Shown: one piece after another, positions 63,768 through 64,000 of the stretch
How the letters are laid out: every line of letters begins with the position of its first letter
Numbering within the stretch: position 1 is the first letter of the stretch
NCBI GenBank assembly: GCA_964016885.1
Contig: OZ024743.1
Coordinates: 329,096,001 to 329,160,000 of the forward strand
Direction of reading: 5' to 3'
DNA from: Eledone cirrhosa
Lineage: Eukaryota
DNA: 64,000 nt
Translations under genes and position numbers: made by a program
Notes under the pieces: generated by a model
Seen by the model: only the letters and a program-made list of their open reading frames with translations
Database searches by the model: none
What the model was told of the DNA's origin: nothing

Positions 63768-64000
63768 TAAAAGCAAAACTCGCTATCTTCAATTCGGTAT
63801 TCGTGCGAAACCTTACCTATGATCATAGGTCTTGGGCAATGATAGAACGAATACAATTGCGAATATAAGCGGCCGAAATGGGGTTCCTCCGAAAGCTCTT
63901 TGGGGGTAATGTTACTCGATAGAGTGCATAGTCCAGAGATTAGAGGGTCGCTCGGAATTGGGAGGACACTTCGGACAAGTGGTTAGAATGTTACAGGAAA
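63768..64000 (+). pseudogene. RTE-clade LINE fragment
   Basis: KAKLAIFNSVFVRNLTYDHRSWAM...AAEMGFLRK. Confidence 0.75.

Overview
Gene-free, AT-rich eukaryotic repeat region. The microsatellite load and TE/SINE set look like an invertebrate, probably an octopod cephalopod (inference only). I found no host protein-coding gene; most of the ORF track is (TA)n/(CA)n/(TATG)n read-through. The only intact coding unit is a head-to-tail pair of full-length, ~99% identical L1/Tx1-clade retrotransposons (36932-42954, 42976-49006), each with ORF1 (CCHC) and ORF2 (APE-RT-CCHC). They sit in an (ATT)n tract shared with an R4/Dong-like fragment and a tRNA-SINE. The rest is a mosaic of Penelope-like elements (Neptune-type and Naiad-type ORFs plus many short direct or inverted pseudo-LTR pieces inserted in TA tracts), CR1-like, RTE-like and R4-like LINE fragments, two tRNA-SINE families, MITE-like inverted repeats, satellites and a 200-N gap. 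Manual folding shows at least 14 distinct type I hammerhead ribozyme sequences (over 20 copies), including repeated catalytic-core variants (U3-A8 in two unrelated families, U4A, U4C) and a palindromic element carrying a hammerhead on both strands. All folds and alignments were done by eye; no searches were run.
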